DNA of 64,000 nucleotides from Candidatus Poribacteria bacterium (GCA_964291315.2 OZ219753.1:2848001-2912000), one strand, 5' to 3'; positions 42,259-51,938 are shown, counted from the first letter of the stretch. The notes: generated by a model not told the origin, from the letters alone. Made by a program: numbers and translations.

Positions 42259-42438
42259 CACCCGAAAGAAGATTGCGACCGGTGTCGTTGTATCTGAGAG
42301 AAGAGGGGAACAATTTTCGCGCGAGCTTGATAATTATTGGGTTCACCTTTAGAATAAAGAGAAACGCGAGTACACCGTAATAGATTTTGCTTACAAGAGA
42401 AGAGCAGAAGCGGTGTACAAGTTCATTGCACAAACTAA

Positions 42439-42475
42439 GAGGGTTAGGGGACAGAAGAATCGCCCCACCCTTTTT
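42439..42475 (+). terminator. Putative intrinsic terminator
   Basis: agggt-tagggg ... cccc-accct stem followed by a T run. Confidence 0.5.
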
Positions 42476-42507
42476 CCAAACTCACGTTAAGTACTACAAA
42501 ATAGAAA

Positions 42508-45120
42508 ATGCAAGAAAGAAACATCAAGATAGCGGCCGTCTTAATCATCGTTTTGAGTGTTGCCGCGTTGCACATAAAACTCTATCGGTTTTCCGAAGTG
42601 ACACACGATGGGGCGTTACAGGTGTTGGTCTGCTTAGGTCGTGTTGTTGCTATAGATACAAGTGAGGAAGCGGACCAGGTACTGTCTTTCCGAATTATTT
42701 CTGGACAGTTTCGCGGTAAAACGGTTAAAGTGAACAATGTTTGGACGGGTCGCGCCTTTGGGGACCGCGTGCTTCGGAAGAATGATGTATTATTTCTGGA
42801 TATTCCGCTCCGTGATCCGGCAAATCCGAGGGTTGATACTGTTTCACTGCGGGAATATTTCCGCACGCCGTTTTTACTTTATCTTGCAGGGGCATTGGGT
42901 ATTCTGATGATACTTGTTGCTGGTATGAAGGGGGTTCGTGCTATTTTAACCCTCTTTGTTACTTCGCTGACTGTGCTGTATGTGCTGGTACCACTCACTG
43001 TTGCGGGTTACAATCCGATTGCGGTTGCCCTCTTGATTGCTGCCTTTCTGACGTTTGCGACTTTTCTTCTCATTACGGGGCTTAGTTTCAAATTGATCTC
43101 GGGTGTACTTGGCACTCTTGGTGGTTTAGCCGCTGTTGGAGTCTTATCTGTTTTAAGTCAACAGGCGATGGCATTGACTGGATTGGCCCAAGAGTTTGGT
43201 TTTTTGGAACTCGGTATTGCGTTGTGGCGGACATCTGCTTCACACGGTTGGAATTTTACGGGGATTCTTTCTGCGGGCATCATCTTAGGTGCTGTTGGGG
43301 CGATGATGGACGTGAGCATGTCTATTTCTTCAAGTGTGCATGAAGTCAAGCAGGTGAATCCGAACATCACGGTGCGTCAAGCGATCCGCGCTGGATTGAA
43401 TGTCGGTCGCGACATTATGGGGACGATGGCAGATACCCTCATTTTTGCGTATCTTGGTGCGCACATGATGACGATGCTTCTGCCGCGCATTGAGTTTCCG
43501 GAAGTGGGTATCCTCTATCCTTTCTTACGGCTGGTTAACGATGAAGCGACTGCAGTTGCGATTATTCAAGCGGTTGTCGGTACGATCGGCTTGGTACTCA
43601 CTGTCCCGATTGCTGCGGGTATTGCGGGTTTCCTGACGCAATACACGAAGGTTGACACATCCGAGATTCATGAGGATTTGCCCTCGGAAGAAGAATTAGA
43701 GGAGCTTTTCCGTGCTGATCCACCTCGCAGCAAGGCTCGAATCGCTGTGCCTATCGCTATGGCAGTTATCCTAACTGCGACAGTCTTTGTTTATTATCGC
43801 ACGCATGAGCTCTCTGCAACGATCTCTGAGCAGCGTGATGCTCAAGGAAAGCCGATCAATACGTCAGAATATGCAAAGGGCAAGGTGATTCGACTGCTTG
43901 AATCGAACGGTAATTTCCTTTTTGATATTGACAGTCGTGCTGTGAGCGAGTTGGATGCTGGTATCGTGCCAGAGGTTTTGCGTGCGGAATTCAAACGTCA
44001 TGATATTCTATTTTCTGATGCGGTAAAGGTATCGGTTAAACCGTGGAAGGACAGTCGTTGGTTGCTCTCAGATGAGACGTACGAGCAGACCTATAGTGTC
44101 CGAGCCCTGGAAGAATCGGGGAAAAGCGTCCTCAAAGTTTACGAGTCGAAGAGCGAGCATCATATTCTTGAGGTCGAGATGCTGAGTGGGATATATAAAG
44201 GTAGACGGTTGGTGTTACGGAACATTGTGAATCACAATATGCCGTTGTTGAGCATTCCTGCGGAGCCCGGGGACGTTATTCTCTGTCGTGTCGCGGGAGA
44301 GCCGGAGCAGATTGGGCTTGTGAACATCGTTCAAGATTACAGCAGAGACCGGTTCCTAATTTGGATGGTAGGAGGGATGCTTCTCCTGATTATCTTTGTT
44401 GGTAGGATTGAGGGGATTCGGACGGCTTGTGCGATGTTAATTTCTGCCCTGGTGATTTACTTTTTCATGTTGCCGCTCATCTCGGAGGGAGCAAATGCGG
44501 TGTTCATTGTAACGCTGACTTCCGGTGTTGTGGCCTTTGTGTCTCTGGTGTTTGTTATTGGCCCGAGTCGGAAGACGTTTTCAGCGGTGCTTGGAACGAT
44601 GGGTGGGATTTTGGTTGCGGGTTTAATCGTCCTACTTGCACAGCAGCATCTCCATTTTTCAGGGTTGGAGAACGCGATCTCGGCTGATATTGTGGAGGCG
44701 ACCCGTACACCGCCGTTCGATTTTGTGCAAATCCTTTTGGCTGGGATGCTAATGGGGGTTTTAGGGGTTGCTGTTGACGGGGCAATTGAGGTGGCATCTA
44801 GCATGGAAGAGATTCGAAAAGCGAACCCGAAGATGCCGACGTGGCGATTGATTGCCTCGGGTCTTAACGTCGGGACGGACATTCTGGGCACGATGGTGAA
44901 TACGTTGGTTTTCGCCTATCTGGGTGTGGAGTTGCTTTTGGTTGTTACCGTTACAGCGCCGAATCTGGATTTTTTCAAATCCCCGCCGGTTCAGCTGCTG
45001 AGTATTGGTGTTGTATCTGCGGAGATCGTCCGGCTGCTTGCCGGAACACTCGGGCTTGTCTTGGCGATACCTATTACCGCCATGATTTGTGCGTTCTGGA
45101 ATCCAAAACAGGGGACGTAA
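42508..45120 (+). CDS. Tandem YibE/F family membrane protein with an inserted soluble domain
   Basis: Two copies of 'GAxxD...SIxSS...GLNVGxDIxGTMxxTLxFAYLG...GTxGLVLxxPI'. Confidence 0.85.
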   Translation: MQERNIKIAAVLIIVLSVAALHIKLYRFSEVTHDGALQVLVCLGRVVAIDTSEEADQVLSFRIISGQFRGKTVKVNNVWTGRAFGDRVLRKNDVLFLDIPLRDPANPRVDTVSLREYFRTPFLLYLAGALGILMILVAGMKGVRAILTLFVTSLTVLYVLVPLTVAGYNPIAVALLIAAFLTFATFLLITGLSFKLISGVLGTLGGLAAVGVLSVLSQQAMALTGLAQEFGFLELGIALWRTSASHGWNFTGILSAGIILGAVGAMMDVSMSISSSVHEVKQVNPNITVRQAIRAGLNVGRDIMGTMADTLIFAYLGAHMMTMLLPRIEFPEVGILYPFLRLVNDEATAVAIIQAVVGTIGLVLTVPIAAGIAGFLTQYTKVDTSEIHEDLPSEEELEELFRADPPRSKARIAVPIAMAVILTATVFVYYRTHELSATISEQRDAQGKPINTSEYAKGKVIRLLESNGNFLFDIDSRAVSELDAGIVPEVLRAEFKRHDILFSDAVKVSVKPWKDSRWLLSDETYEQTYSVRALEESGKSVLKVYESKSEHHILEVEMLSGIYKGRRLVLRNIVNHNMPLLSIPAEPGDVILCRVAGEPEQIGLVNIVQDYSRDRFLIWMVGGMLLLIIFVGRIEGIRTACAMLISALVIYFFMLPLISEGANAVFIVTLTSGVVAFVSLVFVIGPSRKTFSAVLGTMGGILVAGLIVLLAQQHLHFSGLENAISADIVEATRTPPFDFVQILLAGMLMGVLGVAVDGAIEVASSMEEIRKANPKMPTWRLIASGLNVGTDILGTMVNTLVFAYLGVELLLVVTVTAPNLDFFKSPPVQLLSIGVVSAEIVRLLAGTLGLVLAIPITAMICAFWNPKQGT

Positions 45121-45170
45121 AGGCGACGGTTTCGGAACCGCTGGCGTTCTGTAAATTTTGACTCAGACAA

Positions 45171-45881
45171 TTACTGCGGGCACCACGCCATCACCGTGCC
45201 GAAGCTTGCAAACATACTGTTTTCGCCGCTTGTTAGGATACGCGACCCTTGGACAACGATTCGGGTGTCTCGACTCGTGATTTTGTAGCTGACGGGTGCA
45301 TCTTTGACAATCAAGGGGTCTCCGTTTTCGTTCTTGAGTTTGTCAAGTCGGTAATGCACGGAACGGTGCGCGGGCACCTCGAATTCACAGGAAACGTTCT
45401 CCAGCGCGGTATCCTCATAGAGTACGTCTAAGAGACAGTGTGTTTCTCTGTCAGCGGTATTAGAGATGCATATAGATTCATGCGAAAAATATCCGCCGCC
45501 GTGTGCTTCCCACGTTTGCTCTTTTGGTGTTAAAGCCGCCATATAGCCGTCTGGAATAATCCAGAGATAGGCCCCGTCTCCGTCTGAACTATAGCATTTG
45601 AGTGCCTGCGCGATTGCTTCTGGATGTTTGTGTATCTCTTCGCGGTCGATAACAAAAAACCGGGGGTATAAGTTAATACCGGGCACAGAGGTTTTCTGTT
45701 TTAATTCGCCTTGGACGGTAACACACAAACAAGTAACGGAGAGCATATCAATGCGGCTGATGCCGTGTGAAGCGAGCCAATCCCCGAACGTATTGTTGAG
45801 CAGCTCCGTCAGTGTACCTAGGTGTACAAGCCCGGCTTCTCTATAATTATCAACTGTTTTCATTACGGTGTCAAATGTCAT
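45171..45881 (-). CDS. Sensory rhodopsin transducer (ASRT)-like domain with an N-terminal extension
   Basis: C-terminal half 'WIIPDGY...SHESICISNT...VPAHRSVHYRLD...IVVQGSR' matches the ASRT pattern from memory. Confidence 0.65.
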   Translation of the reverse strand: MTFDTVMKTVDNYREAGLVHLGTLTELLNNTFGDWLASHGISRIDMLSVTCLCVTVQGELKQKTSVPGINLYPRFFVIDREEIHKHPEAIAQALKCYSSDGDGAYLWIIPDGYMAALTPKEQTWEAHGGGYFSHESICISNTADRETHCLLDVLYEDTALENVSCEFEVPAHRSVHYRLDKLKNENGDPLIVKDAPVSYKITSRDTRIVVQGSRILTSGENSMFASFGTVMAWCPQ

Positions 45882-45894
45882 AATTTCCCTCGTT

Positions 45895-46254
45895 TTAGAC
45901 CATCCAGCGTTCTCCTATTCCGAGGAGCGTCATCAATGCTTTTAAAAGCACGCTTTCGGCAGCGCTTCCAGTGAATTGTCGGTGTGTATCGATATAAGTT
46001 CCGTAGTCGGCTGCCCATTCACGAAAGCAGGCGTGGTATTCCCAACCTTCGGTGGTTCGGTGTAAAACCGCTCTGTCGGGCCAAGGCAATTTCCGTGCTA
46101 AGAGCGCTTGGAGTTGTTCAGAGGTTGGTATCCACAAGCTTTTTAAGTTTTCTGCATCAGGTCGAAGTGCCTGAATTTGTGGATGCTTACATCTCTCTAT
46201 GTATGCTTGGGGGTGCCCCTGTTTTTCGGGGTGATCTATCTGTTTGTGAGACAT
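45895..46254 (-). CDS. Hypothetical protein
   Basis: 119-aa ORF in an operon-like arrangement. Confidence 0.6.
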   Translation of the reverse strand: MSHKQIDHPEKQGHPQAYIERCKHPQIQALRPDAENLKSLWIPTSEQLQALLARKLPWPDRAVLHRTTEGWEYHACFREWAADYGTYIDTHRQFTGSAAESVLLKALMTLLGIGERWMV

Positions 46255-46285
46255 AACGTATTACTGAATTTCAAATCCTTACTTT

Positions 46286-46624
46286 TCAGTATGTTTCCCT
46301 TTCCGCATTCTGCTCACTGATGTCCGTTTCTTTGGCGGCTGCAGAGATCACAGGATTCAAGATCGAGTGGTACATTACCCAATAGATAGCTGCCGTAATT
46401 ACGCCACCAACGAGCGTCGCTAAACACCATATCTTAGGACCTCCTATCGTCAGCAGCTGTCTGCGATCTAAGCGGGATGCCTCTCGGTAAACCGCTCTGG
46501 CAAAAACGATATGTATGAGAGCAGTCAAGACCGAAATCCCTATTGCCAAGACGATGCTTGTTGGGGACAACGCCGCCAAAAAACTGAATAGCTCTTCAGG
46601 GTTTGAATATGTGATATTAGGCAT
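46286..46624 (-). CDS. Small two-TM membrane protein
   Basis: Two hydrophobic segments, GGAGG RBS. Confidence 0.65.
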   Translation of the reverse strand: MPNITYSNPEELFSFLAALSPTSIVLAIGISVLTALIHIVFARAVYREASRLDRRQLLTIGGPKIWCLATLVGGVITAAIYWVMYHSILNPVISAAAKETDISEQNAERETY

Positions 46625-46790
46625 TTTTCATGCCTCCTTGTGTCAAGATATTCGTCTTAAGCCTATCGTAGCGCGTGCATATTTTGATGTCAATGTTTTT
46701 TATCGACAGGCAGCCGCATTTAGGTCTCAGATAATTTCAGATAGGCTGTCAGTTTGCTATGTCTGTAGAAAACGCAGCAGCCGAATTTGC

Positions 46791-46819
46791 TTGCAATTTC
46801 AGCCTGATCCATGTATAAT
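46791..46819 (+). promoter_or_regulatory. Sigma70-type promoter for the R-M gene
   Basis: TTGCAA-N17-TATAAT. Confidence 0.65.
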
Positions 46820-46859
46820 CTGTTTTGCTTTGCATCCTGAGAACATACGGAGGAAATAG

Positions 46860-49800
46860 ATGCCCCATCTCAACATCAAGCCTACGCATAAACCTATTAA
46901 AACTTACTATGTAGAACTTGAAAAATACGCACAACTCGGTGAGCAAAACGAAGGCATCGTCCGTGCAGCCTTCCAACACCTGCTCCAACACTACTGCCAC
47001 CAAGCCAAACTTACACTGCTCTGCGAAAAAACACACTACACATCCGAGAAAAAACGCATAATACCAGACGGGGAAGTCGTGGACACCTACGGACTACCGC
47101 ACGGCTACTGGGAGGCAAAAGATACACACGATGACCTGCTCCTCGAGGCTGCCAAGAAGTTTGACGCGGGCTACCCGTCCAAGAACATCGTCGTGCAGTC
47201 GCCCACACGTGCCCTGCTCTATCAGGACGGGCAGCTGCAGCTCGATGCTGACATCACTGATCCGCGCAACCTCGTTCAGGTGCTCCAAACCTTCTTTGCG
47301 TATCAGGAGGCAAACATCGCCGCGTGGCACACCGCTGTCGCTGATTTCAAGGCAGCCGTGCCCGCACTCGGAGCGAAGTTAGCGGCTCTCATCAAAACAG
47401 AACGTCAAAACAACGCACACTTTCGAGAAGCGTTCACCGATTTTCACCAGCAGTGCTGTGCCTGTATTAACCCGAGTCTCTCGATTGCTGCTGTGGAGGA
47501 GATGCTAATCCAACATCTCCTCACCGAACGGATCTTCGCGACAGTCTTCAAGAACCGGGATTTCACCCGCCGCAACATTATCGCCAGGGACATAGAGACG
47601 GTGATTGACGTGCTGACAGAGCATGCCCTCAACCGCGACCAATTTCTTCAGAGTTTAGACCCGTTCTACGCGGCGATAGAGAGCACCGCTGCGACCCTCA
47701 CAGCGTTCTCACAGAAGCAGCACTTCCTCAACACCGTCTACGAGCAGTTCTTTCAAGGGTTCTCTGTCAAGGTTGCTGACACGCACGGCATCGTCTACAC
47801 GCCGCAGCCGATCGTGGATTTCATGGTCAACAGCGTTGAGCATATCCTACAGACCGAGTTTGATCGTTCGCTATCGGATAGCGGCGTGCATATCATAGAC
47901 CCGTTTGTCGGCACGGGCAACTTCATCGTGCGTTTGATGCAGGTCCTGGATCCGATCTCTCTGGAGCGAAAATACACCGCCGATCCGCCCGAACTCCAAT
48001 GTAACGAGGTGATGTTGTTGCCGTATTACATTGCGAGTCTGAATATTGAGCATCAGTTTTACACTGCGATGCGCCGGTATGCGGCTTATGAGGGCATCTG
48101 TCTTGTAGACACGTTTGAGGTATCGGAGGCTCGGCAGATGGCGCTGTTCGCGCCGGGGAACACGGAGCGGGTTGAGCGGCAGAAGCGGACACCGATGTTC
48201 GTGGTGATCGGCAATCCGCCCTATAACGCTGGGCAGAAGCGTGAGAGCGACAACAACAAGAATAGGAAGCATCCGATCGTAGATGCGAGAGTTGCGGAGA
48301 CGTATGTCAAAGACTCCGCAGCAGGGCTACGGAACAAACTCTACGATCCGTATGTGAAGGCGATCCGGTGGGCCTCGGATAGGATTGGAGCGGAGGGTGT
48401 CGTGGCTCTGGTAACGAATAACAGTTTTCTAGACGGGATTGCGTTTGACGGTATGCGGAAGCACCTTGCGGAAGATTTCGATGCGCTTTACGTTCTCGAC
48501 TTAGGCGGGGATGTGCAGAGCGGATTAAAGGTCTCAAGTGCCAACGTGTTCGGGATCCGCGTAGGGGTGAGTATCAATCTGTTCGTGAAAAACAGAGAAC
48601 GTTCATCAGGGCAACCGCGTATCTTTTACTATCGCACAGATGAGTTATGGGATAAAGAGCAGAAGTTCGAGTTCTTGGATAAATGCCGGCATGCAGGTGG
48701 GGTTGCGTGGCAGTCCATTGAACCCGATGCGCGGCATGCATGGCTGACCGAAGGTCTGGACCCGGCGTTTGAGACCTTCGTTCCGATGGGCACCAAGGCA
48801 GCAAAAGCCTCTGCAGGAGAGACAGAGGGTGTGCTTTTCAAGACTTACAGTCTCGGTATCAGTACTAATCGTGATGCGTGGGCCTATAATTTCAACCGAG
48901 ACGCACTCACTGAAAATATAAGTCGGATGATTGAAAATTACAACGCAGAAGTCGCGCGCTGGACACAACGAACAAATAGAGAGGTGCCCGTTGATAATTT
49001 TGTGGTCTATGACGATACAAAAATCAAGTGGAGTTCTGGTTTGAAAGGGAAGTTAAAGAACGGGCAAATGGCTGAATCTTTAGAGACAAAAGTTCGGACC
49101 TCTCTCTATCGTCCGTTTACGAAACCTAACCTCTACTTCGACAGAACTATGAACGATAGGGTGTCCCTATTTCCATCTATTTTCCCGACACCAGAGACGG
49201 AAGCAGAGAATCGGGCCATTTGCGTCAGCGGTATTGGAAGCAAAAAAAACTTTCAAGCCTTAGTTGCAGATATGATTCCTTCTGTTGATTTTCTCGAGAA
49301 AACCCAATGTTTCCCCTTCTATATCTACGACGAAGACGGCTCAAATCGCCGCGAAAATATCACCGATTGGGCACTAGCACATTTCCGATCTCACTACAAA
49401 GACGGCACCATCAGCAAGTGGGACATCTTCCACTATACCTATGGGCTCCTGCATCATCCAGATTATCGAGGGAAATATGAGGCGAACCTCAAACGCGATC
49501 TGCCGCATATCCCCTTCGCCACAGATTTCTGGGCGGTCGCTACCGCAGGCGCACAACTCGCAGAGCTCCACGCTAACTACGAATCTCAACCCGAATACGA
49601 ACATCTCAGGTTGATTCAGAACCCCGAGGTGCCGCTCAACTGGCGCGTGGAGAAGATGAAACTCTCCAAAGACAGAACACAGTTGACATATAACGACTTC
49701 TTGACACTTGCCGACATCCCGCCCGAAGTGTTTGCGTATCGGTTAGGCACTCGTTCGGCGTTGGAGTGGGTGATAGATCAGTATCGCGCCAAAAGGGACA

Positions 49801-49937
49801 AGTGGAGTGGGCTGGTCAGCGATCCGAATTGTGCGGAGGTGCCGCGCTATATTGTGGAGTTAATTGGCAAGGTAATTACGGTGAGTTTAGAGACGGTGGC
49901 AATCGTTGAGAAGCTGACTGAATTGGAAATTCGTTAA
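46860..49937 (+). CDS. Single-chain restriction-modification enzyme (Type IIG/ISP-like, no helicase)
   Basis: N-terminal 'IPDG...WEAK' PD-(D/E)xK, 'GIVYTP', 'IDPFVGTGNF', 'GNPPY', ISP-type C-terminus 'YRPFTK...YRGKYEANLKRDLPHIP'. Confidence 0.88.
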   Translation: MPHLNIKPTHKPIKTYYVELEKYAQLGEQNEGIVRAAFQHLLQHYCHQAKLTLLCEKTHYTSEKKRIIPDGEVVDTYGLPHGYWEAKDTHDDLLLEAAKKFDAGYPSKNIVVQSPTRALLYQDGQLQLDADITDPRNLVQVLQTFFAYQEANIAAWHTAVADFKAAVPALGAKLAALIKTERQNNAHFREAFTDFHQQCCACINPSLSIAAVEEMLIQHLLTERIFATVFKNRDFTRRNIIARDIETVIDVLTEHALNRDQFLQSLDPFYAAIESTAATLTAFSQKQHFLNTVYEQFFQGFSVKVADTHGIVYTPQPIVDFMVNSVEHILQTEFDRSLSDSGVHIIDPFVGTGNFIVRLMQVLDPISLERKYTADPPELQCNEVMLLPYYIASLNIEHQFYTAMRRYAAYEGICLVDTFEVSEARQMALFAPGNTERVERQKRTPMFVVIGNPPYNAGQKRESDNNKNRKHPIVDARVAETYVKDSAAGLRNKLYDPYVKAIRWASDRIGAEGVVALVTNNSFLDGIAFDGMRKHLAEDFDALYVLDLGGDVQSGLKVSSANVFGIRVGVSINLFVKNRERSSGQPRIFYYRTDELWDKEQKFEFLDKCRHAGGVAWQSIEPDARHAWLTEGLDPAFETFVPMGTKAAKASAGETEGVLFKTYSLGISTNRDAWAYNFNRDALTENISRMIENYNAEVARWTQRTNREVPVDNFVVYDDTKIKWSSGLKGKLKNGQMAESLETKVRTSLYRPFTKPNLYFDRTMNDRVSLFPSIFPTPETEAENRAICVSGIGSKKNFQALVADMIPSVDFLEKTQCFPFYIYDEDGSNRRENITDWALAHFRSHYKDGTISKWDIFHYTYGLLHHPDYRGKYEANLKRDLPHIPFATDFWAVATAGAQLAELHANYESQPEYEHLRLIQNPEVPLNWRVEKMKLSKDRTQLTYNDFLTLADIPPEVFAYRLGTRSALEWVIDQYRAKRDKWSGLVSDPNCAEVPRYIVELIGKVITVSLETVAIVEKLTELEIR

Positions 49938-49952
49938 AATAGGAGGGTTAAG

Positions 49953-51134
49953 ATGAAAATAAAAGAGATTCAACGTGAGTTGCGGGAATTAGGATTCGAC
50001 GCTTGGCTCTTATACGATTTCCGCGGGATAAATCCGATTGCCCAGAACGTGGCGGGTCTAGCAGAAGCCCATATCACACGTAGATGGTTCTGTCTCATTT
50101 CCATGGAAGGTGAACTGCGGTGGCTTGTCCATAAGATTGAAGCGTCCAACTTCCTTGGTGTCCCCGGACAGACAACATACTATGCTGGGTGGCAGGAGCT
50201 TAACCAAAAGATGCAATCTTTACTTTTTGGCATCAAAGCTGTTGCAATGGAGTATTCAGCAGGTGCTGCGATTCCGTATATTTCACGCGTAGATGCTGGT
50301 ACAGTGGAATGGATACGTTCGTTTGGTGTTGAGGTGCAAACGTCTGCGGAGTTAGCGCAGCGGATAGAGGCTCGTTTGAGCGATGAACAGGCGGTTGGGC
50401 ATCAAACTGCTGCGCGTTTGGTGTTAGAGGCGAAAGATTATGCGTTTGCATGGGTCGGTTCCGAGCTGAAGGGTGGGAACATAATCACAGAATATGACGT
50501 TCAGCAGGAGATTCTCGGTCAGTTTGCTGCGATGGATCTCGTCACCGATCATCCGCCCATTGTTGCAGTGAACGCTAGGAGCAGCGATCCGCATTATGCT
50601 CCTACTGCAACGGAGACGCAAAAGATTAAGGTAGGCGACTTCATTTTAATAGATCTGTGGGCGAAGCAGAAGTCGCCGGATGCTATTTTCGCGGATACGA
50701 CCTGGGTGGCTTATGTTGGGGAGACTGTTCCTTCACGCTATTCTAAAGTTTTCGAGGTTGTTAAGGAAGCGCGGGATAGAGCTGTGCAGTTCATCCGTGG
50801 GAGGTGGAGTGTCGGTGAATCGATTTACGGTTATGAGGTAGACGACTGTGTTCGGGAGTATATCACTAGAGAAGGTTATGGGGAGTTCTTTATTCATCGC
50901 ACTGGACACAGTATCGGTACTGCGATCCACGGGAATGGTGTTAATTTGGACAATTTGGAGACGCGGGATATGCGTGCTTTAATTCCGGGTGTCTGTTTCT
51001 CAATTGAACCTGGCATCTATCTCAGCGATTTCGGCGTTCGGACAGAGATTGACGTTTTTTTAGCCGGTCTAGGGAAAGACGGCGTAAAAGTGACAACCGC
51101 GCCTGTTCAAAATCAGGTATTGCCGCTGCTGTGA
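49953..51134 (+). CDS. M24 family (Xaa-Pro) metallopeptidase
   Basis: 'HRTGHSIG', 'FSIEPGIY', 'GVRTE'. Confidence 0.9.
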   Translation: MKIKEIQRELRELGFDAWLLYDFRGINPIAQNVAGLAEAHITRRWFCLISMEGELRWLVHKIEASNFLGVPGQTTYYAGWQELNQKMQSLLFGIKAVAMEYSAGAAIPYISRVDAGTVEWIRSFGVEVQTSAELAQRIEARLSDEQAVGHQTAARLVLEAKDYAFAWVGSELKGGNIITEYDVQQEILGQFAAMDLVTDHPPIVAVNARSSDPHYAPTATETQKIKVGDFILIDLWAKQKSPDAIFADTTWVAYVGETVPSRYSKVFEVVKEARDRAVQFIRGRWSVGESIYGYEVDDCVREYITREGYGEFFIHRTGHSIGTAIHGNGVNLDNLETRDMRALIPGVCFSIEPGIYLSDFGVRTEIDVFLAGLGKDGVKVTTAPVQNQVLPLL

Positions 51135-51873
51135 TCTGATAGTTTCGTTTTTTGAGGTCGCTGAGGATATGCGTAAGGTAGATGCGTGCATTCAGTATCC
51201 ATTGTTCTGCGTACGCTGATGCGAGTAAGGGGAGTGCTGCGGTTAAACGGTGAGAGTCAAGTAGCCATTGCTCGGCGTACGCCGTGTAGTCGGCATCCAC
51301 TAGTCCGTTGCTGCCTAGGGAATAGACGACATAACGTTTGTCATCTCGGACTTCCATTCTTGGCTTGAGTCGTGTGTCGACGGATAAAGATTCTGCTCCA
51401 TCGATTTCGAGCACCCAGAAGAAATAGTCTTCGTTATGGGCGAGGTACCCGATTTCTACGTCAAGCCGGTGTTTGGTCTCAGTGTGTATAGGGATAACCA
51501 CCATGTCGCGTTTGCGTAAAACCGGGTAGATAGCCGCGAAGAAAATCTGTTCATATCCGAGCGGTTGTTGTGCGTAGGTGAGCGTATCTAAGAGGGTTTG
51601 TTGTTGTTCAAAGGTCTGTAGTTCTAAGCAGCTTTTTGCGAAGACTTCATCACGTACAGCTTGCATTTCAGTAGGTGAGTTTGGGTCAAGTGGCTGGAGT
51701 TGGCGTGTCAGCTTCAGGATCCGGCGATGTTTGGGTGTCATGCGCCAAAGGCACCACTGCCATAAGGTTTGCCATGTTTCTATCTTTAGCGATTGGTTAA
51801 GCAGTGCTTTTACAGCAATAAAAAGACGTTGAAATATGTTTTCAGATGAGAAGTTACGTTGTTGAATCGCCAC
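51022..51873 (-). CDS. Hypothetical protein, possibly a degenerate DUF559/Vsr-like nuclease
   Basis: 'HRLDV...VLEIDG' segment. The 3' end overlaps the M24 gene. Confidence 0.45.
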   Translation of the reverse strand: MAIQQRNFSSENIFQRLFIAVKALLNQSLKIETWQTLWQWCLWRMTPKHRRILKLTRQLQPLDPNSPTEMQAVRDEVFAKSCLELQTFEQQQTLLDTLTYAQQPLGYEQIFFAAIYPVLRKRDMVVIPIHTETKHRLDVEIGYLAHNEDYFFWVLEIDGAESLSVDTRLKPRMEVRDDKRYVVYSLGSNGLVDADYTAYAEQWLLDSHRLTAALPLLASAYAEQWILNARIYLTHILSDLKKRNYQITAAAIPDFEQARLSLLRRLSLDRLKKRQSLSERRNR

Positions 51874-51909
51874 GTTTTTTTGATGTCCGTAAGTTGTGTT
51901 GGAAAAAAT

Positions 51910-51938
51910 TTGACTTATCTCTGCAGGCCTGATATAAT
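51910..51938 (+). promoter_or_regulatory. Sigma70 promoter of tRNA-Leu
   Basis: TTGACT-N17-TATAAT. Confidence 0.8.

Larger units (their letters stand above)
40285..42337. mobile_element. 2-kb integrase-free cassette flanked by 18-bp direct repeats
   Basis: cgcgagcttgataattat at 40285-40302 and 42320-42337. The interior is C/A-rich on +, unlike the G/T-rich flanks. Confidence 0.7.
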
